DNA from: Antedon mediterranea
Taxonomy: Eukaryota > Animalia > Echinodermata
Length of the DNA stretch: 64,000 nucleotides
Direction of reading: 5' to 3'
NCBI RefSeq assembly: GCF_964355755.1
Contig: NC_092670.1
Span: forward strand, 24,786,795 to 24,850,794
The position numbers were made by a program, and so were the translations under genes. The notes below the pieces were generated by a model. The model was given only the letters and a program-made list of their open reading frames with translations, did no database searches and was not told where the DNA came from. This document shows, piece after piece, positions 1-12,916 of this stretch; position 1 is the stretch's first letter, and every line of letters begins with the position of its first letter.

Positions 1-3000
1 TCTTAGGCATAGAGGTTTAGTTTTCGGCTTAACGAATAGCATACACTACCGTATCATCTCATCGATTTACGGCCTAAATCTAAATTTAATTATCCCACGT
101 TATACATAATGTCAGGCTAACTTAAAGAAAAGAAGCATCAAAAGCATTGCTAGTTTGTTATCTTCTGTGATTTATAACCATTACATTGAACTAAATAAAT
201 ATACATTAAAGTTGTATGCCTACTTAGCGATTTCAGTTTCGCTACTACGAACGAAACGAATAAAAAGTAACAACTCTACCGCCAACTAACTGTAAGAAAC
301 TGCGCATGTGTGAATAATTGGACTCCTCCATTTCAATAATCAGTCTGAAAACGTAAATATCAAATGTTGATTGAACAAACCAACGTTGACTATTTCGTTG
401 TACAGTAGATAGTAGTCGAAGCAATTCATCCCGCCGCCGTATAAAGGTGTTCAGACGTAAAAATGACCCACAGTATATGAAATTAGCAGGAATTGGTGCT
501 AAGTGTCTTGGCAAGTAAGTACCATAATTCTTAGATCATTTTCTATAAACAAACTTGATATCTTTAATAGGAAATTAAAAATAGTAAATAAAACAAACTG
601 TTAATTAACATACTATGTATTTGCAAGTCATGGCTATAGGCTACTATTTTACTCGCAGTTCTCAGAGAAAAAAATTATCTTATTGTCCGTGGAATAAGTT
701 ATTACTATCTGTTATTTGCGATATAGACTAAACGTCGGGACTTAGATACGCACGTTAGACACCGAAGATTATTACCGCCGATGAAACTATGGTTATGTGG
801 CGAAGATCCAATATTTACTCTAAAAAATGAAAAATATACATGCATTTCTATGGCCTAACATAATCTCTTATCTCAAGCTTCTTCCCCTCCTCTCTCCACA
901 TTGTGGGATTTAAGCATATTGCCGGTACACATTAATTTATAACGTTCCTGGAGATCAAAGTCCAATATGTCACTCCATTCCCATTTTAAACAACAGATGT
1001 TACTACTGTATTACTAATATTGCCCCTTGTAGTTCCAACAAAGAAATAGTGTTGTTTGAAAGTTTCTCTCTGGTTGTGTTTACTTTATCGTTTAAGTAAT
1101 CTGAGATAGAGCAAACCTATTGGTTTTGACTTTGCCTTTGAGTTAACATATATAAAAATACATATAAAATAAATTTGAACTAGGACATATTATGTTGGCG
1201 CTTGTACATAGGCCTAACATTAACAATATACAGTGGGCCTACATCGCTAAAAGAATATCTTTCAAAAGTAAACAAACTATAGCAACAAAACTAAAATCCG
1301 AAAGATGTACTTTCATAATTAGTTTGGTATGAAAATACACTGGCCTACCATTAGCAAAACCAAATACACCCAGGATATAAATCGTTTTCGTACTTCTATA
1401 TAATGTTTCTGAATGAATGCGTGTTGAAGGTTGTAGAGCAAAAAGTGCATTTTTATATACATAGGCCTATTTATGTTTCGGTTTACATGAATAGGCCTAC
1501 CAATTAATGATTGTACTAATCGATTTACCAGGCGAATAAATACACACGACAAGGAAATACAGACATAATAATCCGTTCGGAACACTCAATTAAAGTTGTG
1601 GTTTGAAAAAATTCCCGATCTAAAATGTTGGCCTCCATTTTGATCATTATTCGTTTGCTCACAATGTCTGTTTCCTTATTATTTTCCTTTGGATCATAAT
1701 ACTATCTATATTTAAACAAATATTATTCGGGATCCAAATGAATTTATTTACAAGAAATCCTCGTAAATGTTTGCGCCCACTACTAGGATGATCGTTAATA
1801 TTTTGTATGGATTTATAACGTGGATATTGCCTGCTAATATATAATTCTGTCACGAATTGATCGAGTGTAGGCCTAGCCTGGCATCAGTTACACGTGCTAA
1901 TTGAGTCTAATGTATCATTTTAATTGAGCTTGGTAATTAGGAGCAAGATTTAATGTATGGTTTCTTACTTTAAATCACGTAATATCTATATAGGATGCCT
2001 AGTAACGTTTAACCACGAGGCTTTTTAAAAATTGTTTTGGTTAAAAATTAAAATGTTCGAATTTGCATATTTGCCAATGCAGATGTTTGATCTAATTTCA
2101 CTAAAAAGCTGATTTATATAACTGGTTTCATGAATATATATTTTTAAATGTCTCTAAAACTATATCATAGCCCTGTATAAGGCCTAAAGTAGAATAAGTC
2201 TATCTAACATTTTTAATGGAAAATCAATATAGGCCTATAATTTATGCATATTGTCTACTTTTAACTAGCACTATTAATAAATTAATTTCCAACCAACGTA
2301 TTGTTGTTGTTGATTTGTTGATGAAACTGTTTTGAACCTATACTGTACTTTACACATTTAATATAGTATATCAATGTATCACTTTCATTGCTGGTAGTAA
2401 TAGCGTTTGATTGTTTTGTTTGTTTTACTTATGATTATTTACTTTAATGTATCCTGAAAATATTAAGAATCGCAATGTGAAATACAGTCAAATAAACCGT
2501 AGTAAGTTTGTAGTTTTTGATGTCTTTCCGTTAATTTCCCGTGTTTTATGATTCCTGGTAAATTGCGTTTCAAGTGCTACTTACAAAATGCCAGCTAAAT
2601 CTACGTTCGCATTGATTCGGTCTGGTCGAGAACTCCGATGAGCTACTACCTTACATTCGGGCTGTGCGTTCACACATATTTTGTATACGGAATCCACTGC
2701 AACCCATACTGCATTGTAATCCGAGCTCAATGCGAATGTAGATTTATAATAACAGTGAGGCAGCAACCCTTCAAACAAACACAAACTTCACGCGTCACCG
2801 TGAATGTTTTTATTAGCGATGCAGGATTTTGCATAAGTTTTATGTTTTAAAAATTAATGGACGGCAGTATAATATAATATAATCCTTCTTTTGTTGATTA
2901 AATTTTAATTATTTTCAGGAAATCCAACCTTTGCCTTAATGTATTATTTCTTTAGTTCATTTATTCTATGACCTGGTCATCTCAAAGTCTCCAGACCAAT

Positions 3001-6000
3001 TAATATACTCGTATTTTGCTACCTTAAAAGTTACTTATCCATCACCTAACGTGTTAAATGTCAATTAAACAAGTCAGCGTAAGTCATTGGTATTAATGGA
3101 ATAACGTTAGGTCTATTAACATGAGTGAAGTAATGGACATTGTTCGGTCGACCTAAAATAGATAAGCTGTCTCAAGTCTTTTAGCCCCAACCATTTCAAT
3201 TTCGCAAAGGAAATAAGCTTCGCTTTAATATCAACAATCATAAATCACTTAAGCCGCAATTATTTCTCTGCAGCAATTTTGCATCAAGAAAAACTTATTG
3301 AAAAACATAAGCATTGCAACTATTAATCAAAGAATTGGAGTTTTTTTCTCCAAAACTTGCTTTAACAAATATTTTGTCTAAAATATCAGCATTAAAACAG
3401 TAGGACGCTGTAACAAATTCTTTATTGATTTTCATGAAATTGACTTTTTGTACGATAATATATTCACTTTGTAGACTCATACCTAAGCAGCTACACCTGC
3501 TAAACCTGCATCACGTTATCTATGTTATATAATGTTCGAAGAAATGTGCACAAATTAATTTATGCTATCCTATAACTTTTGATGTGTTCTTTGCGTTTTT
3601 AGTTATGATGTGATGTGAATTATTATGCCCAGTATAGATCTAGTTATGAGGTGATGGAAGTTGTTGTTGGATGGGAAATTGAAGCTCATTACTACAATTA
3701 ATGTTGTACTTCACGTTTCATCCCTTTTTATTGTCACCTCTGATTCATATTTCCAACCAAAGCATGCCTTCTAGTATGTTGTTATAATCAAATAAAAGCT
3801 GTACTTGATCCCGGGTGTAACGTACTTATAGTGTTAAGTGGATGTTCGAGTATGCAAGATGATATTATTATCACTTGCATTCCCAATGATTGGATGACCC
3901 TCTGCAGACAACACAGTGATATGAAATCTTATATTTATCTTATTTGAAATTAAAATTGAAATGAAGAGTGGATACAGCATAATGTATGATTGTCACCAGT
4001 CTGTTTATGGTGAGGGAATTTATTTGGTCAGAATGACAGTGCACATGATGAAAACACTTGGGCCTGTGCCTACCAAAGATAGCCAAGGAAATGGTAGTTT
4101 TGTTGATGAACCGTACAATACTCAAATCGTGAGTTCTGTACCAAAATGAACCATTTTCTAATTTGCTATGCTAACTGCAGGTCAGGTCTACTTTATTATC
4201 CACGTATAATTACAATTAGGAGTAATATCGACAGTTTGATCAAACTGTTTAGAGCTGCCTTCGGTAAAAAGATTATACATACAACGCAAGGAGAAGAGCA
4301 TTTGTAATTTTGAAATAAATCTCTTCATCCTCCCATGAGAAGAAATTAATATAATTTAAAAAGAAATAATTTTATATCCGTTAAAAAATATGCATATGTT
4401 CTCTTTGTTACACACAATTTAATATTCTTTATTTTAGATGATTACATATATCGAGTTACATATAAGTACACTTAGAAAAAAAACTGATTGTATACCGAGG
4501 AATAGTCGTGTTAAGGAAGTATGTGCAAATTAACAATCTTCGGTAGTATAATTCTAAATCCGGTAAAATTGTAATATTAAACAAAATAATTTGTGTGTTG
4601 GCTACGTTTAAATAAAATCATTATTTCCTCCATGATAAAATCATCATCGTACAAAAAAAAAACCCGTTGTAAAGAATCGATTGATTTACAATTTTTTTTC
4701 CACATTCCTAATTTCCTCATAATATTGGGATCAATTTTTATAATGTCAATGTCAATAAAGATTAATATGCAAAATTACAATGTAATAAAGTTTCATGGAA
4801 TTAGACGTTACAGCCAATGTTCACATTCCATCACCACAAGTCAAAGCCTTGTCGCCCAGTAAGTGATGATTTGGTCAGAGAGACTCGCCGCTGCTTTCAC
4901 CATATTGGGTTTGAAGACTTGATGAAAGAACGTCAATTAATACAAGAGAAGCTATCTAAATCTATAGTTGATCAGCGTACTAGCTTTTGTGAAAAGCACA
5001 TAAATCATTACAATTGTTCATTTTTTTTTGTAAGCTAAAAATTATTCGAATTCTCGTTAATAACCTATAATGACGTAATACCTCCTTAATAATCATTTAT
5101 GATATTGATTTTAGAAAGTTTTTAGCAATAATAAATTAAAATAATCTTTTTTCAATCCGCCGCAAGTAACAAATGAGAAGAAAACCATCCGGAACATTCG
5201 TAAAAATCAGAATTGATTATACAAAGTTTTTACAAAATGAAACAAGTTTATTTCTATGAAAATTGATGATAAATGTTTAGATTTTATTCACAGAGAAAAG
5301 GGGGAAAACCGTATATATTACATTGACGAACCATGCAAACATTCGCCAAGCAATTCGGGAGATTTTTGGATTCGCGACCACTATAAATTATCATTTGTAG
5401 GTCTAAAACACCTCCTGTTCATGCGAATCCACGCAACCAAAAGAGAAGAGCCCGCCTGACAACCAGGAAAGAGCTTGTGCAACAACCATGTCATTACTTA
5501 ATGACGCAACGACCAGTTTTCATCAAGGAAACGTGAGCTCTTTCCTAACGCAACAAACGAATCGTTGTTTAGTTGCGTCATGCGAAGGGTGAACTACGTA
5601 ACACAATTACGCTAATAACGTAGTAACATCATAAACAATACATTTTAACTTGCAAAATACTTAACATTCGTAATTTAAAATATCATATCCTCTTTTTATA
5701 ATGATAGCCAATATCACATTTAGCAGACTACAATGCATCGTTCGAACTATGTAATAGGGACTAATATCCGTTGCCTTGAACATTGAATTTAAAACTACAT
5801 TTAAATGAACAAAAAATTGTCTTTGTGTAAATTGGTTTATTTTACTAACGTCATTAAATCAATCTCCGAGCGGTTAAAGAGGATCTGTGTACGTGCGCTG
5901 TCATTAAAAACATCGATTATTATATTAAAATGTAGCAAAACATTATGAAGACAATTTCCTTTATATAAGTTGATAATTGATGCGTTATGCTATTTCAATG

Positions 6001-6169
6001 TAATCCTTTGATTGTATATTTTGCTCTGAGATTTACGGTTTCTACTAAAACACTGATATAAACGTATGAATTTAATTACAGATGCCCATTTGATGGATCA
6101 TGGTGAACAGATAGTACATAAAACTATCGGATAGTCTATGGAACGCCAATTATCTTTCAATTTTCCACG

Positions 6170-7159
6170 ATGAGTGATAATTCCAGCCTGCTATGTGACC
6201 AGGACACTGAGAGAGGTCACATTGGCATAGTTTTTTGTGCGTTGTATCTGGTTGCAACATCAATTCTCTCCATCGTTGGCAATCTCATTGTATTGATGGC
6301 AATAAATAACTCGACGAGACTACGGGAACAGCCATCAAGTGTTTTTGTAGCCAATTTAAGTATATGCGATTTACTAAACGCAGTATTGGTAATTATACCG
6401 ACGACTGTATTTATATTCACGGATGTTTTAACTGTGCCTAATTCATTCTGCAATATACAATGTGCGTTAAATTATGTGTTTATCATAGTGTCAATGTTGA
6501 CCCTTGGTATGATTGCCGTCGAGCGTTGTGTGTCAGTATCTGTCCCATTTAAACACATGGACATCATGCGTAACCGTACTGTTATGTTGATGACTACTTA
6601 CACATGGGTTCAAGGGGTAGCATTTGGTGCCGTACCTATAATATGCTCTTGGGTGATGTATGATTATTGGGAGGCTGTTTGTGCAATAACTTGGGATGAC
6701 CACGCTAGCTCTGGCGGTGTAGAGTACGTCGTAACAGCCTTCATTCTATGCTTTGCCATACCAGCAGTTTTGATGGTTGTCTGCTATGGAAAAATTCTTG
6801 CAATTGTTAAAGGAACGGACACGCACAGAAACCGGTTGCAACAGAAAAGAACAGAAGATATGCGGATTATTAAAAGTATACTTGCTGTGGTTATAGTCTT
6901 CTTTGGGTGTATGACGCCATTTTGTATCACTAAGCTTATTAAGATTTTCTTCTCGACCTGTGCAATACCACCCTGGGTGAACCTCTTCTCGAGTCTTTTA
7001 CAGTTCACTTCAAGCGCAACTAATCCACTCATCTACGGCATATTCAGAGAGGATTTTCGACATGCCGTTATGAAGACCTTTTGGAAGGTGTATTCCACAT
7101 TGCCATGCAGAACAGACGAATTTGTAAGACCAGTGACGCAGCCTAGCTCTTTCATTTAA
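6170..7159 (+). CDS. Orphan class A (rhodopsin-like) GPCR, 329 aa, intronless CDS
   Basis: Seven hydrophobic segments. TM1 GN, TM2 NLSICD, TM3 C...ERC (DRY-equivalent), TM4 W, TM5 FAIP..CY, TM6 FFGCMTP, TM7 NPLIY, helix 8 FRHAV. N-terminal glycosylation sequon NSS. Likely acceptor TTTAATTACAG ends at 6081, implying a non-coding upstream exon. Confidence 0.93.
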   Translation: MSDNSSLLCDQDTERGHIGIVFCALYLVATSILSIVGNLIVLMAINNSTRLREQPSSVFVANLSICDLLNAVLVIIPTTVFIFTDVLTVPNSFCNIQCALNYVFIIVSMLTLGMIAVERCVSVSVPFKHMDIMRNRTVMLMTTYTWVQGVAFGAVPIICSWVMYDYWEAVCAITWDDHASSGGVEYVVTAFILCFAIPAVLMVVCYGKILAIVKGTDTHRNRLQQKRTEDMRIIKSILAVVIVFFGCMTPFCITKLIKIFFSTCAIPPWVNLFSSLLQFTSSATNPLIYGIFREDFRHAVMKTFWKVYSTLPCRTDEFVRPVTQPSSFI

Positions 7160-7338
7160 GCCGTTGGATATGGATTCGTTTGTGGATGATACAGAATAGT
7201 GTATTGTTGTCGGGATGGTTTTCTGTTACTTTAATTAGTACCACATACAGTAAGGTGATATCCCAATTCAGTGAATAGCATATAACGCTATTTGTACATT
7301 CACCATGGAATTGATGTTTTACAGTTGTTATAATATTT

Positions 7339-8152
7339 CGCCGTGGCTAAAGATACGGTACCGTATTCTAACTTCTGTTTACTAAAGGTACGGTAAAATT
7401 GCATTACGTCATAATCAGCCAATGGGGTGCTGGTACGTGTGTGACGTCATCGTATAAGGACTTGGGATTTTGTTTTCATATCGCGTCTGTTGTTGGTTGT
7501 ATATATGTAGAGAATTCCTATCGGCGGCGCCAGGCTGCGTGGATGTGTGTGCTGGGCTGCAGATGAGGGTTTTATTTTTATTCCAAATGGCCTATTTAGG
7601 CCTATATTTTTTTTAAACTTTGTTTACAATGGTGACCATAAACAACAAGCAAATGCGGACAATAAAGGAGCCCTTAAATACTATGATTTAGACAGCAGTG
7701 TAGCCCCAGGGCTGACGAGTCACAGAAATCAGCGCACACATATGCAGCTGGCCACAGCCTGGAATCGCTTTCCCTTCACAAACAAACTCATATAATGAGG
7801 TTATACATAGTACGTAGTAAGTAGGCCTAGGCCTCTTTTAAAACGGTTTTCTCTATTCTAGAATTAAAATCAACATGGCTTTTCAATAATAATAACAGAC
7901 GTAGGCTACATTTAGTTTTTGTCACACACGACGGCGATAATAGCGATAAATAAAGCATAAAGAAAATGCGGTTGATCACTGTTTTCGCCATACCTCCATG
8001 GTTTTCGCGATATGAAAAAAATCCACAAAGTCCTTATACGATGACGTCACACACGTACCAGCACCCCATTGGCTGGTTATGACGTAATGCAATTTTACCG
8101 TATCTTTAGTAAACAGAAGTTAGAATACGGTACCGTATCTTTAGCCACAGCG
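7339..8152. mobile_element. Mutator (MULE)-like MITE, 814 bp, ~130-bp TIRs, 9-bp TSD
   Basis: Left arm CGCCGTGGCTAAAGATACGGTACCG... is the near-perfect reverse complement of ...CGGTACCGTATCTTTAGCCACAGCG. Flanked by ATAATATTT at 7330-7338 and 8153-8161. No transposase ORF. Confidence 0.85.
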
Positions 8153-8931
8153 ATAATATTTACCAACAACTTTAGACGAAACGTCTAAATAACAGCAACT
8201 TTCGGTTTCTAATGCGTATTTAGTCAATTTATTATTCGTGTTTAATGACGTTTCCGTAATCCTATTATCGTATTTTTAACCGTTGCTATATGTACATCGT
8301 ACTTACTAGGTTTATTCTGTTTAAAGAAATGCTGTCAACAACACTAGCCTAACTAAGGTATATAAAAATAGGATTGATTTGTAGAGATGACGTCACAGCG
8401 TATTTAATCTTTTCGAGCTAAGTATTGATCAAACTCTCAATTATTAAAAACTAAAATTTATAATTCTAAAGAGTATATTGAGATATAATATATATATATC
8501 GATCTTTATTTTGTCCTGCAACCGTTGACTGGGCACCGGTAGAATTGATTGAAAACATGTTGGAAATACAGCTCCAATGATATGAATTGAAAGTTGTTTA
8601 AATATTACTGAATAGATGATAACACCTTGGTATCGCGTAATTATTTTTATGTGTAATTTTGTATAGCGTTATGCGCCTTCGGGTTAAATTACCGTTTTTT
8701 CGCACAAATTAAAATTACACTTCGTTAAAAGTGTGAAATAATATTTCCTAATTAGTTTCTCCACATTTGTTGGATTATAATATATTTAAAGAGCAAATAT
8801 TAAGTATGAGGTATGTGTAACATAGCGACGAATCGTGACAATCATTACACCCTCAGTATTATCGTGTGTGATGTTCACATACAAAATCGACGCGTGCTTA
8901 CGTGTGCAAATGTATCATTATATTTCATTCA

Positions 8932-9220
8932 GCGTTTGAACGCATTCGTGTGTCGTCAACACGAACGGTTAAACGAGCGTTTGAACGTATTCGTTTGTCG
9001 TCAACGCGAACGCGGTTAAACGATCTTTTGAAGGCATCCGTGTGTCGTCAACACGAACGGTTAAACGAGCATTCGAACGCATCCGTGTGTCGTCACCACG
9101 AACGCGGTTAAACGATTTTTTGAACGCATCCGTGTGTCGTCAACACGAACGGTTAAACGAGCTTAAACGCATCCGTGTGTCGTTTAAGGCATCCGTGTGT
9201 GTGTCGTCAACATGAACGCG
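8932..9220. repeat. ~45-47 bp minisatellite, ~6 copies, each unit self-complementary
   Basis: Unit GCGTTTGAACGCATCCGTGTGTCGTCAACACGAACGGTTAAACGA repeats at about 8932, 8977, 9024, 9069, 9116, plus partials. Confidence 0.9.
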
Positions 9221-11759
9221 ATTTATTTCTTTGTTAAATAAGAAGTGTCTAACTGTAGAAATAAGTCTATATTTATGGAATTAAAAATTATATAAATGAC
9301 ACATCTGAAGCAGTGTTTTATTTATTTGAATATCAACGTAAACATACACACAGTTAAAGTTAAATATATGGACTACTTTTTTATATATGACAGACAATTG
9401 GTGTTATTAGAGCACTGGTTACACTATACAGTATCAATAGGCCCTTATTTTTATCATTTGCTTATGTTTGTGTGAAATGCAGGATTGAACGAGACGAAGG
9501 CTTTATTACGCAGCATCCAAAAACATAACGGTGGGCCCAAGAGTATAGGCCTACTACTCGATAATGTTACCAATTAATTTCAGAGGCACTCAAACTATAA
9601 GTGTGATACATAATCCAAACAATGAAATATACACCATCATCATGTTGTGATCATTATGTTGAAAATCATGATGTCATTAACAGCAATGTTTTAAAAGGAA
9701 AACGTTTTCCGGAGACATTAATTACATAATTTAAAAATCGTTAAACTACGGATACATCCATTAGGTTCACTGCTAACACGTTTTCCAGGCCGTTGTATTC
9801 TCACATACGTCAGTTAAGGTATTACATCCGCAACAATGTAATCTTACAAGTCATTTTGGTTTGTAATTTCTTTTTAAAAGGTTAGTATTGATTTTCAGGA
9901 GCAATTTGCAACTTCGATCAGCAAGTATTGTAATGATTTATATCCGTAATGCACTTTGCTTAAATGTTTTTTTCGTGGGGTTTTATTAATATTGTACATC
10001 TTCATATTAAAGAAAAATCACGGACATCTAATAATGAGTATACTCGTGGTATAAATGGTCTTTCAGCCAACGTGGGTGTATTTTGTTGGTACTATATGGA
10101 AATATTTGAAAAAAAATACCGATACATTCCTATATGTTGTCTGGCTCCAAGTTTGCCTCTTTAATCGCTTGGCGTGTTGGACAGACCGCTAACTAGGTAA
10201 TGGTCAAGATACAGTTTTCACACATTCACATTTTACAAAAACTCCCGGTCGTTTGTCGACAAGCGCCTGATTTTGGTTTGGCTAGGTACGTACACAATAG
10301 TCGAGTCAATTTTACATATCGAATATGTGAGCATTTCATGGACTGACCACTGTTAAAAACTGTCCTTTTAATTTTTTTTAATGATAATAGGCCTACAATA
10401 CACTGTTGGTTATTATTAACTCCTCCTCGTCGCATTACCAATGTAATTGACGCCAGACTTCTCAACATCGAATATCGCAAAACGCTTGTATCAGAACACT
10501 GGATTGTAAACAATACATCATAATTTGATTTGATTATGAATTAATTCTCACTATATTAATATGATTATTGATATATTATACAGCAGGCAGCAGTACTATA
10601 ATACGTTACAAAGGGAAATGCAGTCATTATACTAGGTGGGTCTCAGTAGCTGCGCAGCCTGAAAACAATCACATTCTTTTATAATACATACTATTTAAAT
10701 ACATAGCAAATGTGTTTCCATAGGACAATAGGGTGTGATACTTGTGACGTTACTAAATAATACACATTTTGACATGTTTAACTGTCTTGAAATTGGGCGT
10801 TGATTAGAATACAGAAAAATCACACTGCAAACCAGGGAAGAGTGCAATTACTAATTGAATTCACTCTCTTCCCTGACATAACTTACAAAATGCTTTATTA
10901 TTATAAATAATATTTATTTTTAAAATAATTTTGATATTGAAAATGTGTGTAGTTGGTCGCTTTCTTGTAGATGCTTTAATTTATTTTTATTTCTTTCTTT
11001 CTGTGCTATGTTCTGGGTTGACCAACTAACATAGGTGTTTAGCACCTGTTTGGTGGTCTTTCTTTGCCGTTTATACTTGTTTTGTCTTCTTTGCACTGTA
11101 TATGGCAGACATTGCATAAATAAATAAAAAAATAATGAATACAGCTGTGTATAGTCTTGTTATTGATGCTTTATGACTCACGTAGCCTACATCTCTGACA
11201 CGAAAAGCCACATATTGTTTGCTGAAATGAAATATAATTATTATAAAATGATATTTATCAATAGATACCTGCAACAGTTTATTCATGGATTCAATAATCA
11301 AGTCACGATTTTAGAGAAATATAAAAAATATAGCTTAATCGATCTAACGAGACTGTGCCTTGATGGAAAGACAATTACGTGACGTCATGAACTCAATTAA
11401 CCCAGCTATTGGACATAATTAGCCATTAATACTTCTCTTTCCCAATAATATTGTCCTTCTTGAATATAATTTATAATGTCTATGTTGTTTCCCTTAGGTT
11501 CTTTCTTTAGTAGGCCTTAAATATTGTATGTACATTGTTGCAGGCCCTGGTAAACGTTCTTTCTGTGTATATTTCTGTATGCCAATATAACTTTCTGTTT
11601 GTCTATTCACATATTCGCCTCGATTGTGATTTTGAATTACTAACTTTTAACAGTTGTAGACCTAATTAATATGTCCGGATAGATAAAATGAACTAGGCTA
11701 ATACAATTATAGGCACAAATTAAAATATAAGTTAAATATGATTAGGCCTGTGGTGGCTC

Positions 11760-11886
11760 ACGCGTTCTGAGGCATTTGGGACGCGTTCTGAGGCACTTGG
11801 GACGCTTTCTGAGGCACTTGGGACGCGTTCTGAGGCACTTGGGACGCGTTCTGAGGCACTTGGGACGCGTTCTGAGGCACTTGGGG
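11760..11886. repeat. 21-bp tandem repeat x6 (GGGACGCGTTCTGAGGCACTT)
   Basis: Read directly; accounts for the repetitive ORFs 11742-11954 and 11776-11961. Confidence 0.92.
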
Positions 11887-12732
11887 CGAGTCACTTTTGA
11901 AGACCAATATTTATTATGTAAGCCTTTTATATTTATACTACTGCATTTTAACAAATTGTAAATAAGTGCCCCAATTCAACTTTTTGGTTCCCATGCAACT
12001 TATATTTTTGATATTGTACTTTTATGTTTAATGAAAATAAAGATACCAATATATTTAAATCCAAAGGCAAATTACTGAAAAAAAATGACAATGCTGTGGA
12101 TATCAGTGGCTGGATCTCAATGGAGATACAAAAAAAAAGCGAAAAGCTAAATCAAAACGATAAAGTAAACAGCCAGAAAAGTTAGCAGAGCTTTCGGGCA
12201 ATTCAAATAACCATATACCAATATATTATATATACAGTATATATTAAAGGCCTATTGAAAATCATTTTCCCTTGAACACAAAATTTTCTATGTATGTAAG
12301 GCAAATAGTAATAATAAAGCTTCCCCAAAAAAGATAGGCTCAGAAGAAATTTTGACCAGTAGTTTTTGAGATATAGTAAGCCGAGGTCAAAGGTCAAAAC
12401 ATTCAGAAATTACATTTCCGGTGGTTTTTTTGAAAAAAGTTCTATTAGAACGAATATAAATATGTACCCTCTGATCTATTTGACACCAATATCATTTCAA
12501 TTGTCAAACCCGTTGCCGAGATAATCTCTGTTTAAGATAGAAATATTAAAATTGAGGTCAGAGGTCACAGAGGTCAAATCAGATTTCCAGTAACTTTGTT
12601 TTGGTATCTCCATATCATGTTCTATCAATATGCCAAAGGGCACACTTGTATCCACTATGGTAACATCATTTCCCCTTATATTATATTAGGGACCGGACTA
12701 AATCAGGGAAAGAAGAAAGATTTCTTTGTAAC

Positions 12733-12796
12733 GCGCCCTCTATAGGTTGGTTATTTGAATAGCGCCATTTTGTATAAATTTCACAGCGCATGTGCA
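12733..12796 (+). promoter_or_regulatory. Putative ALYREF proximal promoter
   Basis: 120-185 bp upstream of the ATG: CTCF-like GCGCCCTCTATAGG (12733), YY1-like CGCCATTTTG (12763), TATAAAT (12773), NRF1-like GCGCATGTGCA (12786). Motif resemblance only. Confidence 0.5.
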
Positions 12797-12916
12797 AACG
12801 GAACACACGCCGCCGAATAGCGTTACAAAGAAGAGTGACTGAAAATTAGTCTTCGTTTTTACTTACATTTTACAACATTATTAAGTGGGCTTAGTCACAA
12901 TTATTTAACTTCAATC

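Noticed and set aside
3600-4149. Divergent ANAPC11 (human ALYREF neighbour) or LINE endonuclease remnant
   Set aside because: No RING-H2 pattern. Only a faint IVVMSFNFP resemblance to GDFNFP, which is not enough to call.
4817-5038. 73-aa ORF ending near a GTAAG donor
   Set aside because: No recognisable domain or partner exons; cannot be supported without RNA data.
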